Shown here piece by piece: positions 40,087 to 49,913 of a stretch of DNA of 64,000 nt. How positions within the stretch are numbered: the first letter of the stretch is position 1; each line of letters opens with the position of its first letter. The notes beneath the pieces were generated by a model. It worked only from the letters and a program-made list of their open reading frames with translations, made no database searches and was not told the DNA's origin. The position numbers and the translations under genes are program-made. The DNA is from Candidatus Heimdallarchaeota archaeon (lineage in GTDB: Archaea > Asgardarchaeota > Heimdallarchaeia > JABLTI01), in NCBI GenBank assembly GCA_019056785.1, contig DXJV01000068.1, positions 81,670 through 145,669 on the forward strand. The letters are read 5' to 3'.

Positions 40087-40509
40087 TTGAGTGTAATAGC
40101 TACTATTGGAATTATTAGTTTAGGTACGGTGATAGGCACCTCTTTGTTCCTCTTTCGGAGAAAGCCCAAGAACAGCTTCTCACTCGAAAGTGAAAAAAAG
40201 GAAGTTGTAACATTAACCCTCCGGGGATTGGGCGACATTGATATGATATGTGAAACCATTAACCGCGGGAATGTTGTTATCTTGGGTGTTAAAGACCTGG
40301 CGCGACTGGATATGATCAGATTAAAGCGCTCCATCCAGCAATTGAAATCTCACATGCGCTCCACCGGCGGGGATATTTTCATGCTCGGGAAAGAGTTTGT
40401 AGTTCTCGTCCCTAATACAATGAAACTTTCTTTCATAAAGAATTTAATTGATAATCCAAATGAAGACGGCCTTCCACCAGAACCCCCAACAGAGGTAGGA
40501 ACAATTTGA
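40087..40509 (+). CDS. sepF: Cell division protein SepF-like with N-terminal hydrophobic helix
   Basis: DIDMICETINRGNVVILGVKDL..LKRSIQQLK..GGDIFMLGKEFVVLVP. Confidence 0.8.
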   Translation: MSVIATIGIISLGTVIGTSLFLFRRKPKNSFSLESEKKEVVTLTLRGLGDIDMICETINRGNVVILGVKDLARLDMIRLKRSIQQLKSHMRSTGGDIFMLGKEFVVLVPNTMKLSFIKNLIDNPNEDGLPPEPPTEVGTI

Positions 40510-40916
40510 ATGCAGTGATAGCCTCTCGTATTTATAATCTGGTTTCGACTGACCCCGTAAAAATTGCAATTCTAAATTTACTTGCAGATGGCAAATGGCA
40601 TAAACGATTTGAAGTAGAAATGGTTGCAAAGGAACTTCGCCCTACAATGGGCCTGGTTGGCATTGCAACAATTTTCAGGATGCTCCAAAATGCTGACAGC
40701 GAGTTAATTGAGATTTATGATAATGACTCGGGTGTCTTTTATCGGTTGAACCCTCAGAGAATGGCTATCATCCGGAAAATCCTAGAGCATCTCCAAAACT
40801 CCTCGCGAGAGAAACAAACTTCTTCATCACGGCAGTTTGCGCTCTTTAAGGAGCGTGTGCGTCTTTCTCGGCAAAAAGCCGAGAAGGTGGATGATGACCT
40901 CAAACAGTTCTTGTAA
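40506..40916 (+). CDS. Winged-helix protein coupled to sepF
   Basis: DPVKIAILNLLADGKW..YRLN ArsR-like pattern; 4-nt overlap with sepF. Confidence 0.65.
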   Translation: MNAVIASRIYNLVSTDPVKIAILNLLADGKWHKRFEVEMVAKELRPTMGLVGIATIFRMLQNADSELIEIYDNDSGVFYRLNPQRMAIIRKILEHLQNSSREKQTSSSRQFALFKERVRLSRQKAEKVDDDLKQFL

Positions 40917-40948
40917 AAAAAAGCCTAGAAGTAAATTCATTAAAGGTA

Positions 40949-42217
40949 TTAATCCTTTAATGCCTCTCGTAGCAGCTTCACTAATGAGGCGTCCTTTTTC
41001 ATTAGCTTCGTGCCAAGTTTAATTTGAGCCCATTTGCCTGTGACTGCTTTTGTGAGATCTTCACCCGAAAATGCTTCGACAATATGTTCCATTTGTTCAT
41101 CGGTTATTACATCTAAGATTTTACGTGCTTTAGAGCCCAGACTGAACGATTTACCGTAGGCATTGTTCCATTGTTTTTCATAATGCTTTCGCAGAAACTT
41201 TTCGGTGAAGTTTTCTTCTTCAAAGGCTTTTACAAGGGTTTTGCTTACCATCTCGCCTGCTTCCATTCCATAAGCAATGCCTCCACCAGTTAAAGGATTG
41301 ACTTGTCTTGCTGCATCACCAACAAGGAGCACTCTATCTGTTGCCAATCGTTTTAATGACCCCCCTACTGGAATGGCGCCTATCCGCTCTTCAATTATTT
41401 TTGCATGTTTGAATCGCCGCTTTCCCTCTGGGTGTTTGTAAATAAAGTCATCAAGGTACTCTTTGACACTCTTTTTCCCAAATCCCACACCAACACCTAT
41501 GCCAACATTTGCAGAATGTTCTCCTTTTGGAAAGACCCAGAGATACCCTCGGGGAGCAACCTCTGTGCCCATATATAGGTCAAACATTGTTGGCTCATCA
41601 ATTTCTACACCAACCATTTCATAGCCAACAGACGTGTCGAGGTCCTTCGGGTCAATCGGCCCCGCAAGACCAGCATCACGAGCAACGGTACTATAAATAC
41701 CGTCCGCCCCAACAACCACTGGCGCTTTTTCAAGTCCTTCTTTTCCTTTTCGTTCGACTTGAAGTGTCACGCCTTCGGAAGGATCAATTTTAATGCTCTT
41801 TACTCGAGTATTAATTTGGATATCTGCGCCTTCTTGAACAGCGCCGATTAACAATTCTTTGTCAAAAACACGCCGGTCAACAATATACCCTTCTCCTGCA
41901 CCAAGACGGTATTCAATAGTGTTCAGTGACGGGCTAAATACTCGGAAGCCATCTATTTCGGTCCGAAAAACATATTTTGGTATGTCGAGTTTTAAAATGT
42001 CCTCGATGGTGTCTTTTCCCATTGCTTCGCCACATTGGACAGGAATCCCAACATGGCTTTTTGCTTCAAGGATTTTTACTTTGAATCCTTCACGGGCAAG
42101 AAACCTAGCGGTAGTGGATCCAGCAGGACCACTTCCAACTACAATAACATCATATTTTTGACTTGGTGTTTGTTCATTCATTCTTCCTGACATCCAATAC
42201 TCATCAAATACTCGCAA
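40949..42217 (-). CDS. Digeranylgeranylglycerophospholipid reductase (GGR family)
   Basis: VVGSGPAG, PVQCGE, DRRVFD, GADG, PRGYLWVFPKG, VGDAA..NPLTGGGI. Confidence 0.93.
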   Translation of the reverse strand: MRVFDEYWMSGRMNEQTPSQKYDVIVVGSGPAGSTTARFLAREGFKVKILEAKSHVGIPVQCGEAMGKDTIEDILKLDIPKYVFRTEIDGFRVFSPSLNTIEYRLGAGEGYIVDRRVFDKELLIGAVQEGADIQINTRVKSIKIDPSEGVTLQVERKGKEGLEKAPVVVGADGIYSTVARDAGLAGPIDPKDLDTSVGYEMVGVEIDEPTMFDLYMGTEVAPRGYLWVFPKGEHSANVGIGVGVGFGKKSVKEYLDDFIYKHPEGKRRFKHAKIIEERIGAIPVGGSLKRLATDRVLLVGDAARQVNPLTGGGIAYGMEAGEMVSKTLVKAFEEENFTEKFLRKHYEKQWNNAYGKSFSLGSKARKILDVITDEQMEHIVEAFSGEDLTKAVTGKWAQIKLGTKLMKKDASLVKLLREALKD

Positions 42218-42264
42218 TTTTTTAAAACCTTTTTACACTTCTTTACCACAAGGAGAAGGTAAAA

Positions 42265-43713
42265 TTACTCAAGTATTTTGTTCAGTGACAACGCCGGATA
42301 GTCCAAAGCGGCAACTAATTCTTGCATACTGTCTTTCGCCAATTCAACCCTCGAGTAACTTTTCAGTAGTTGGTTCACTTTATCTGTCGCTCGTTGGGCA
42401 ATGGTTTTCCTTCCGAGAGCTATCCATTCATCATTTGTTCCTCTGTCGATTAGCTTGCTGGGGAGATAGTGGTCCTTTCTAAACCACTTTAGGGTATGAT
42501 CATGGGCGAGTAAGTGAGTGGTCTGCTCATCAAATTCTGCCAATAAATGTTTTGCAATGGGTTCATCCCGTTGTTGTATTCCTTCGACAAAACGATAGAT
42601 CATCCCGCAAAGCTCGTTATCTATGACCACTTTTTGGATGCTCTGAGTTGTCTCAAAATTCAACATTCCCGCACCTGAAATCATGTTCACTCCCTTTATT
42701 CCTGCAAGAAGGGCGCCCATACCAGTTTCAAAGCCGGCTTGCATGTCTAAGATTTTTGTGTCTGACATGCCAAGGTAGGCGTGGGTTGGTATATTAAGGA
42801 ATTTGCCAATTTCGACATAGCCAAGGTCCAGTATCATCGTATCAATCGACCCCATAGGTGTAGTACCTTTTCGCATATCAAATGCGGCTGGTGAGCCACC
42901 CCAAATGAGCGGCGCACTTGGAGAAACGAGCTGAGTGATAACTAACCCTGCCAAGGTTTCAGCAGTATGTTGAACGATGGCGCCGAGAATAGTCACAGGC
43001 GCATTTGCCCCTGTCATCGGCATCGAAACAAATTCTGAAGGAATGCCTGCTTTTGCAGCATCAATTATACTCTGGCAAGTTAAGTCACTCCATTTTAAAG
43101 GGGGAGATGGGCATGCATCAAAAATGGCGAGAGGCTTTTGCTTTAGTTCTTTTTCACTTCCACGGATTGCGACTAGCATTTTCTTCATCGCGGCAAAATT
43201 TGTCTTAAGAAAAGTGCCGGTGACAATTGGCTTGCTGGAAAATATGAGGCTTAAGAATAATCGATATTTATCAGAGAGTTCTTTGGGGACATCGGAACAA
43301 ATAATGGCCGTACTCTGGGCCTTAATATACTCGAGTTGCTCGACTACTTTAGTAAACTCAATATAATCTCGTGTAACTGCCGATCGAATTTCGCCTGTTT
43401 GATAATCAAGAACAGTTAGTGCCGCTGAACCGGGGTCAAAACAGATGTTTTCTTTTGTCAAGTCACAGACTTTTTTCCCCTCACGGTCAAAAAGTGGAAT
43501 AATTGATGGGGCTGTGGAAAGTGCCTTCTCTATAAGGTCAGGAGGAAATTTAACCCGATGCTTTTCAATATCAATTTCTGCATCATTCTCTTTTAAAAGT
43601 TCGAGTGCTTCTTGGTTCTCAATAAACGCGCCGATTTCTGCTAAAATCTCTTTTGCTTCACTAATAACCTTCTTCTTTAACTCCTCAGTTAGAACCTGTA
43701 TCGCCGGCCTCAA
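42265..43713 (-). CDS. Non-pyrrolysine MttB-superfamily (quaternary amine):corrinoid methyltransferase
   Basis: SPPL, GANAPVT, FDMRKG, LGMSDTK..DMQAGFE (Met at the Pyl position), GAGML. Confidence 0.88.
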   Translation of the reverse strand: MRPAIQVLTEELKKKVISEAKEILAEIGAFIENQEALELLKENDAEIDIEKHRVKFPPDLIEKALSTAPSIIPLFDREGKKVCDLTKENICFDPGSAALTVLDYQTGEIRSAVTRDYIEFTKVVEQLEYIKAQSTAIICSDVPKELSDKYRLFLSLIFSSKPIVTGTFLKTNFAAMKKMLVAIRGSEKELKQKPLAIFDACPSPPLKWSDLTCQSIIDAAKAGIPSEFVSMPMTGANAPVTILGAIVQHTAETLAGLVITQLVSPSAPLIWGGSPAAFDMRKGTTPMGSIDTMILDLGYVEIGKFLNIPTHAYLGMSDTKILDMQAGFETGMGALLAGIKGVNMISGAGMLNFETTQSIQKVVIDNELCGMIYRFVEGIQQRDEPIAKHLLAEFDEQTTHLLAHDHTLKWFRKDHYLPSKLIDRGTNDEWIALGRKTIAQRATDKVNQLLKSYSRVELAKDSMQELVAALDYPALSLNKILE

Positions 43714-43788
43714 AATCGTTCGACCACCTTTTGCTAATTACTGCTTTCTTTTGTTAAAATCTTTTTGTGTCCTTGCTTTGTACCTACC

Positions 43789-44439
43789 TTATTCACGACG
43801 AAAGCTACAATTAAGAAGGTCGCATGTGTGGCATTCTCGCAAGCCCAGAAGAGGGTCAATTTCAAGGCCAACATTAACAGCAAAAGAAATACTCTTTTGG
43901 GGGATCATTAAGAATGAGGATGTTAAGCGAACATCAATTTTTTCGGCTGGAAGCAAGTTAAAAATGGTTCTCTGCCCTTCTTCTAAGGGCCAACGGCAAT
44001 AGCCAGGGCTGAAACGGTGCGTGAACTTTCGTCCGGGAAATTTTGCTCCAATTTCTTTACAGATAATTTGATAACTTTCTTCAGCAACGGCTTCCGCAGC
44101 ACACGAAGCAATTGCATCAAGAATAACTGCTTGCGAAAGTTCGCCTTTATTTATGAGTTTATTACTCTCTTCTTCCAATGCTTTTCCAATAGTGCAAACA
44201 CATAAAATTGTCCCTTCTGCTTTGGTAAATAGAAACCTTGGCGACAGCTGTTGGCTCGGGAAGAAATCATACAACGCTTTTGGTTTGATAAATGGTTTGG
44301 CAAACTCGAGTAGCTTTTCCACTTCTGTAAGCAAACTTTTTGGCGGTTCTTTCTGTTCCTCTCTTCCCTTTGCGCTGGTAAGAAGTTGCAGTATTTCCTG
44401 AATGGGCAATTGGAAAGGAATGGTTTCAATGATCTTCAC
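43789..44439 (-). CDS. Stand-alone methionine synthase B12 activation-domain-like protein
   Basis: CTIG..LE, DAIAS..AE, RFSPGY, MIPQKSIS, terminal CxxC..C. Confidence 0.85.
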   Translation of the reverse strand: MKIIETIPFQLPIQEILQLLTSAKGREEQKEPPKSLLTEVEKLLEFAKPFIKPKALYDFFPSQQLSPRFLFTKAEGTILCVCTIGKALEEESNKLINKGELSQAVILDAIASCAAEAVAEESYQIICKEIGAKFPGRKFTHRFSPGYCRWPLEEGQRTIFNLLPAEKIDVRLTSSFLMIPQKSISFAVNVGLEIDPLLGLRECHTCDLLNCSFRRE

Positions 44440-45320
44440 TTGTTCTGCTCCTTCAGCCTATCAGCAATATGCTTAATATAGGTGGGGTTGGTCCCACAAC
44501 AACCACCAATAATTTGTCCCCCTAAAGAAACTATTTGAATGATGTCTGTAGCAAAGGCTTGGGGGCCAGTCGGGTAAATAGTCTCTGTGCCAACCAATTG
44601 CGGCCTGCCAGCATTCGGCTTAAAAACCAGAGGCTTATCTGTCAATTTGCGCATAATTGGCACTAAATCGATCATTTCATCACTTCCGATTGTACAATTT
44701 GCTCCAAGAACGTCTGCTCCAGCATTAGTCAAAGTACTAACGCATTCTTCTACAGTGTTACCCATAATGGTAAAGAATCCCCTTTTGGTCTTCTGAAAGG
44801 TTATAGACGTAAAAACCGGGACATCTGAAACCTTTTTTACCGCTTTTGTCGCTGCTTCTGCTTCCTTCAAATCGACCATTGTCTCAATAAAAAAGAAATC
44901 CACTCCACAATCTGCAAGAATCTCTGCTTGCTCTAAATAGTTCTCCTCAAAATCCTTTATAGTTGCGCTTCCGACAGGAGGGAGAAATTTGCCAGAAGGA
45001 CCAATATCCCCGGCTATAAATCGTCCTTTGGGACAAGCTGCGCGGGCATTTCCTATTGCCTTGCGATTAAATTCTTCAACTTTATCAGCAAAACCATGTG
45101 CAGCTAATTTCAATCGCGACGCTCCGAATGTGTTGCTCAGTACAGCATCTGCTCCTGCTAAAAAATACTCTTTATGAATTCTTTGAATGACTGTTGGTTT
45201 TGTGGCGTTCCAACTATCTGGGGGAGTGCCCGGGGGCAGCCCTTCGGCAATCAGTAGAGAACCCATGCCGCCGTCGAGGAGCAATACCCGTTCCTCTAGT
45301 ACCTCGAGGATTGATTGCAT
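44436..45320 (-). CDS. Homocysteine S-methyltransferase domain protein
   Basis: LLDGGMG, NTFG, GDIGP, IETM, GANC, PNAG, GGCCGT. Confidence 0.93.
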   Translation of the reverse strand: MQSILEVLEERVLLLDGGMGSLLIAEGLPPGTPPDSWNATKPTVIQRIHKEYFLAGADAVLSNTFGASRLKLAAHGFADKVEEFNRKAIGNARAACPKGRFIAGDIGPSGKFLPPVGSATIKDFEENYLEQAEILADCGVDFFFIETMVDLKEAEAATKAVKKVSDVPVFTSITFQKTKRGFFTIMGNTVEECVSTLTNAGADVLGANCTIGSDEMIDLVPIMRKLTDKPLVFKPNAGRPQLVGTETIYPTGPQAFATDIIQIVSLGGQIIGGCCGTNPTYIKHIADRLKEQNK

Positions 45321-45336
45321 TTCTCACACCCACTCT

Positions 45337-45972
45337 TTAGTTTTTGATTAATTGTTTGGCTAAACGAACTGCTTCAACGGCATTTTCAGCCGTACCATCG
45401 GCACCAATTTCTTCCACCCACTTTTTTGTTACCGGCGCCCCTCCGACAAGAACTTTGAATCTATTGCGAAGTCCTTGCTCAATCAAGCGGTCTATAAGTT
45501 TCTTCTGCCCAACCATTGTCGTTGTGAGCAAAGAAGAAATGCAAATAAGGTCAGCATCAACCTCGAGAGCTTTTGAGATAAACGTCTCTATAGGGACGTC
45601 GTGTCCCAAGTCAAACACTTCGAACCCTTCTGCAGAAAGCATTGCAGCAACCAGTGTTTTACCAATATCATGAATGTCACCAAAAATTGTCCCGATAACG
45701 ACTTTGCCAAGCGTTCGCTTTTTCATCTTCGCCCCCAGCTTTGGTTGGAGGATTGCCATTGCAGCCTTCATAGCCTCCGCACTCCGCATCAACTCTGGAA
45801 GGAAAAATTCTCCTTCTTCGAACAAGTCACCGGCTTTACGAATAGCTTCTGAGAACGCATCAACAATTGCAGGTATGTCCATTCCGGCGGCAATTGCCTC
45901 AGATGCGAGTTTTTGTGCAAGAGCCTTGTCACCTGTTAAGATTGCTTTTTGGTAGTCGTTTGAAAAAGGCAC
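45337..45972 (-). CDS. Corrinoid (B12-binding) methyl-carrier protein
   Basis: FLPEL cap domain, GDIHDIGK, SSLLTTT, VGGAP. Confidence 0.95.
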   Translation of the reverse strand: MPFSNDYQKAILTGDKALAQKLASEAIAAGMDIPAIVDAFSEAIRKAGDLFEEGEFFLPELMRSAEAMKAAMAILQPKLGAKMKKRTLGKVVIGTIFGDIHDIGKTLVAAMLSAEGFEVFDLGHDVPIETFISKALEVDADLICISSLLTTTMVGQKKLIDRLIEQGLRNRFKVLVGGAPVTKKWVEEIGADGTAENAVEAVRLAKQLIKN

Positions 45973-46071
45973 TCTTCCTAACCTACTTTTGTAAATGTTT
46001 ACCTTCTACTGTGGGAAAAAAGCTATTTAGACTTTACCTAGAAAGGGGAAGGGAGAAAAAAAAGAAAAAGC

Positions 46072-46833
46072 TTATTCTTTGCTCTTTTTTTCTGCTTGTT
46101 GAAGATATTCGAGAACCATCTGATCGACAGTATTAAAACCTAGCACCACAGCAAGCTCGTCGAGAACTTTATGTGCATGTTCCCGAATCTGCTCAGAATC
46201 ATCTTTCTGAGAGATGTCATATAATAAAGGTATGAAACTAACGTCGTCAAGCTTGCCTATTGCTCGAGTGGCGATAAATCGAAGTTCTTCACTATATTCC
46301 GCGCCTGTACATTTACGAAGAAGCTCTTTCGTCTGTCCATCATCGTAGAGGCCAATAATCTCAAGGAGACAACTCTTTAGTTCCTCGTTCTTTTCAAGGG
46401 TAAAAAGTCGTAAGAGCTCGGGAATGATACTTGCATCACGAAGATACATTGTAGTACCCACAAGGACATCTCGAACAGTTTTATCCTTTTCTTTGAGGAG
46501 GAGGTGGAGAATATCAAGGGCTTTAACCTTATTAGTGAAAAAGCGAAGACCGCCTGCAGCATTGCGCCGTGTCTCAGAATCATCATCGTTCTTAAGAACT
46601 TCAAGGAGCACTTCTAATACCTCGTCCCCACCAAGTAAAGAGAGGGAGAGAACGATTGCTCGACGAACTTCGTGGATTTGTTCTGCTTGCAACAATTTAA
46701 TCAAAGGTTTTGTTGCGCGTGGGTCCATGGATCGGCCAAGCATCTCAGCTGCATTGCGTCGAACAGCCGGGTCCTTGTCTTTTAATAATTGGATGTTGCG
46801 TTCAATAGCATTTTTCCCAGTCAACAAAATCAC
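46072..46833 (-). CDS. HEAT repeat protein
   Basis: VRRNAAEMLG, VRRAIVLSL, TRRNAAGGL, LRFIATRAIG. Confidence 0.88.
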   Translation of the reverse strand: MILLTGKNAIERNIQLLKDKDPAVRRNAAEMLGRSMDPRATKPLIKLLQAEQIHEVRRAIVLSLSLLGGDEVLEVLLEVLKNDDDSETRRNAAGGLRFFTNKVKALDILHLLLKEKDKTVRDVLVGTTMYLRDASIIPELLRLFTLEKNEELKSCLLEIIGLYDDGQTKELLRKCTGAEYSEELRFIATRAIGKLDDVSFIPLLYDISQKDDSEQIREHAHKVLDELAVVLGFNTVDQMVLEYLQQAEKKSKE

Positions 46834-46969
46834 TGGTTAAAATTACTTGTGGAATCACTTTTAAAATAGCTCTTGTTTATGATGTTTAATGGCAACAATT
46901 TTCATCGAGTGTATTTAATGCTCGAAAAAAGATTTAAATAATTATTGAATCTCTGGAAAGGATAACCAC

Positions 46970-47077
46970 GGGCCGTTAGCTCAGCTTGGTAGAGCATCGG
47001 GCTCATAAGACTTGCACTTGTGAGTGCTCGCCGGAAACACCCGAGTGTCACTGGTTCAAATCCGGTACGGCCCACCA
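46970..47077 (+). tRNA. tRNA with CAU anticodon (probably Ile2, possibly elongator Met), ~31-nt anticodon-loop intron, CCA encoded
   Basis: Acceptor GGGCCGT/ACGGCCC+ACCA, D arm GCTC/GAGC, anticodon stem TCGGG/CCCGA with CAT 47004-47006, intron ~47008-47038, GGTTCAAATCC; BRE-TATA AAAAAAGATTTAAATA upstream. Confidence 0.93.
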
Positions 47078-47200
47078 CTTGATTTTCCCTTTTGTATCTC
47101 AGTTTTTTTATAAAACCATCGCAATATTATTAGCCAAAAATCACCTTCTTTTTTCCACAATATTTGGAGTATTATCTCCGTTGGGTTGTGACAATAGATA

Positions 47201-48064
47201 ATGCGAATTGGTTTTGGCTTGGAACCGATCAAAGGCCTTTCGATAGACTTGATCATTTATTTATTGCGGAAAATTCTCCTCGAGCATTTTGAATTTAATT
47301 GGCGTATCATCCCAAAAGTCGACCTTGTATTGAAAAGCTTGGGAAGCGCCACCACTACTTTTCATCTCCCCATTTACAACCGTGATGGGTTTGATTTTTC
47401 ATCAATAAATACGCGTTACGAGATTCAAATATCTGAAGTTATTTCTTTCGTTAATCAACGGAAAGATGATTTGAACATGATATTTGTTCTTGCTCATGCT
47501 CCAGAAGATCCAAATCATTCTTATAAGCTTATGTTTCAGCGTCTGGCACAAATTAACGCTCCAATCGTCCTCGAAAATGTTGCCGGACAATCTGAAGAAT
47601 ACTTCTTGGACTTCTATCGTCAAGCAAAAGACTTTCTGGGGGCTCATCTTGCTGGTTTTGCTCTTGACATCTCTCATCGGTTTGTTACTGACCCTGAGAA
47701 TTGGTTGAATATCCCGGAAGAATTAAAGGAAGATATCGCTTATGTCCACATTTCTGATTGTACAAAAACAGAAGACCTCCATTTGCCTTTAGGGTTTGGG
47801 GAGCTGCCTTACAATGAATTTTTCGCTTTCCTAAAAGAGATTGGCTATAATGGGGTGATTAATCAAGAACTAAAACCAAATGGCGATCAAGCTGAAGCAA
47901 TTATGTCCTCGAGTCAGTTATGTATTAAACCTTTTTCCAAGACGAAATATCTGCGCATGAAATTCAGGGGCGCTATAATGCGTCTAATTTTAAAACGTCG
48001 CCGAAAGGATTTTACGGAAGTTATTGGCCGCACTGCTGATGAAATTGGTTATGATTTTGTATAG
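47201..48064 (+). CDS. Sugar-phosphate isomerase/AP-endonuclease-2 TIM-barrel protein (paralog of 56027-56863)
   Basis: TTFHLP, AHAPE, VLEN, LDISH, VHISD..DLHLPLG.G, NQE. Confidence 0.85.
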   Translation: MRIGFGLEPIKGLSIDLIIYLLRKILLEHFEFNWRIIPKVDLVLKSLGSATTTFHLPIYNRDGFDFSSINTRYEIQISEVISFVNQRKDDLNMIFVLAHAPEDPNHSYKLMFQRLAQINAPIVLENVAGQSEEYFLDFYRQAKDFLGAHLAGFALDISHRFVTDPENWLNIPEELKEDIAYVHISDCTKTEDLHLPLGFGELPYNEFFAFLKEIGYNGVINQELKPNGDQAEAIMSSSQLCIKPFSKTKYLRMKFRGAIMRLILKRRRKDFTEVIGRTADEIGYDFV

Positions 48065-48089
48065 AGGATAGGAGCATCACCAGAAAATT

Positions 48090-49424
48090 TCAGACTTCAA
48101 ATGCTCTGTGAATCCGAATGAGTTTTCCAGAAAAACGGTTTTTTATCGGCGCTTCAAATCGCACTTCAACCCGAGGTGTTCGGCATTTATAACTGTTAAA
48201 AACTCGTGCAATGTTTTTTTGGAGTGTTTCAGCTAATTCCTCATTCTTCATCTCTTTCCTCTGGAGGAGAACCCTTACAACCACTTTAGTCGGGCTTTTT
48301 TGAACAGCTTGATATTCTTCAATGTGTTCTGAACTTATGATTATTGCTCGTCGAATATAGTCAGGAAAGATATACTGTAATTCATTAGTGTCTTTTCTCT
48401 CGCCCCAGAACATGTCGTCCGCTCGCCCCATGATGTGTTCTATCACTCGAAATGATGAGCCACAAGAGCATTTTTCAAGAGAAAGGGTGATAATATCATT
48501 CAACTCGAATCGTACAATTGGTTGTGAGGTTTTGTGCAAGTCAGTGACAACAGATTGAAAACAGGGTGTGCCTGCAGGTGTTTCTGTTCCATCCTTATTA
48601 AGGAGTTGTAATTTCACCAAGTCTTCATTGATATGTAACGAGCCTGCCTTACAAGTAAGTCCTAATGCCCCTTCACTTGCCTGGTAAATTTGATGTATTG
48701 GTGTACGAAATATCTCTTCCAGTTCCGTCTTGATCTCCGGCTCAAGAACTTCGGCATAGGAAACAACACGTTTCGGTTGAATGGACAGTCTTTCCTCTTG
48801 AATTTCTCTTGCAAGGATTTTCAACATAGAGGGAGGAGCAGATAAGATATTTGGTTGAAAAGACTCAAGCCGCCGGCGAAGAACCTCTAATGGAAGCTTT
48901 AGGCTGAAATGAGTCAGCTGTTGCCCGAACTTTTTTACTTGAAAGGCCGGGGTGGTGATTCTGAGGAGAAATGCCCAACGCATTCGAAGAACCCGTGGAA
49001 AGCTAAAGCGTGCAAAAAATGCTGCTTGGAGGTATTTTTCCTCGGCAGGACTTGTAATAACTATTCCCCGATTGCCGCTCGTGCCGGAAGAGAGGGCAAC
49101 ATTAAAACCCTTTAATCGTTCACCATAGCGCTCCTCCTTTTCAACGCGAGTGGTAAATGCCAGGAGCTCTTCTTTTGTTAATCCAACAGTATTGTAGGTG
49201 GTCAAATTCTCCATCATGACCTTTTTATTAACAGTTGGCAGAGCCCAGACAGCAGAAAGATCCACCCTTCGATAAAGTTCTCTGAAAAAAACTGATTTAG
49301 AAACAATGAACTTTACAACCCTCTGTGCTTCCTTTAATTGATAGCCTGCGATCTTCTCGGGAGAAAATCTCTTGAAACGTCTTTTACAGCCAATGAAAAA
49401 GCGGAGAAAAGAATTCGTTTCCAT
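48090..49424 (-). CDS. F390 synthetase/phenylacetate-CoA ligase-like adenylate-forming enzyme
   Basis: LSSGTSGNRG, YAEVLE, IYQASEG, VRFELND, GRADD. Confidence 0.85.
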   Translation of the reverse strand: METNSFLRFFIGCKRRFKRFSPEKIAGYQLKEAQRVVKFIVSKSVFFRELYRRVDLSAVWALPTVNKKVMMENLTTYNTVGLTKEELLAFTTRVEKEERYGERLKGFNVALSSGTSGNRGIVITSPAEEKYLQAAFFARFSFPRVLRMRWAFLLRITTPAFQVKKFGQQLTHFSLKLPLEVLRRRLESFQPNILSAPPSMLKILAREIQEERLSIQPKRVVSYAEVLEPEIKTELEEIFRTPIHQIYQASEGALGLTCKAGSLHINEDLVKLQLLNKDGTETPAGTPCFQSVVTDLHKTSQPIVRFELNDIITLSLEKCSCGSSFRVIEHIMGRADDMFWGERKDTNELQYIFPDYIRRAIIISSEHIEEYQAVQKSPTKVVVRVLLQRKEMKNEELAETLQKNIARVFNSYKCRTPRVEVRFEAPIKNRFSGKLIRIHRAFEV

Positions 49425-49754
49425 TTTTAAACACTCGTAAGTTACTTTGTCCTTTACTGCTAATCTTCGCTTTTACTGTTAATAAATACTTTATCCCTCC
49501 CAAAATTTGTACTACTGGAAAGCGATTGCATTGTTAGAAACGTGAAACGGCCAACAATTTTGTTTAGTGCATCTTTCCCATACCTTTATATAGCCATTGC
49601 ACGTTTCACCAATTGTATACATTTGATGAATTATGATATGGGAATGAAGTCTTTTTTTGATGAGCCTTAACAAAGGCACTCTTGAAAAGAGCAATCTTTG
49701 GGCCTATTTTCTTTGTTCTTCTTGTATAACACAAATATTTGGTGAAAATATAAA

Positions 49755-49913
49755 ATGAGTAGATATGGTAACTACAGCAGACCACCCCGAGAAATGTATA
49801 AAGTAACTTGCGCTGATTGTGGTATTGAAACAGAAGTTCCTTTCAAGCCTGATGGTGAACGACCTGTTTACTGCCAAGAATGTTACAGAAAACGAAAACC
49901 AAGAAGATATTAG
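49755..49913 (+). CDS. CxxC-x17-CxxC small zinc-binding protein, 52 aa (absent from ORF track)
   Basis: Manual translation MSRYGNYSRPPREMYKVTCADCGIETEVPFKPDGERPVYCQECYRKRKPRRY*; SD GGTGA at 49741. Confidence 0.92.
   Translation: MSRYGNYSRPPREMYKVTCADCGIETEVPFKPDGERPVYCQECYRKRKPRRY

Noticed and set aside
42265-43713. Pyrrolysine-dependent trimethylamine methyltransferase or methanogenesis
   Set aside because: No in-frame TAG, Met at the Pyl position, and no mcr/mtr genes in the window
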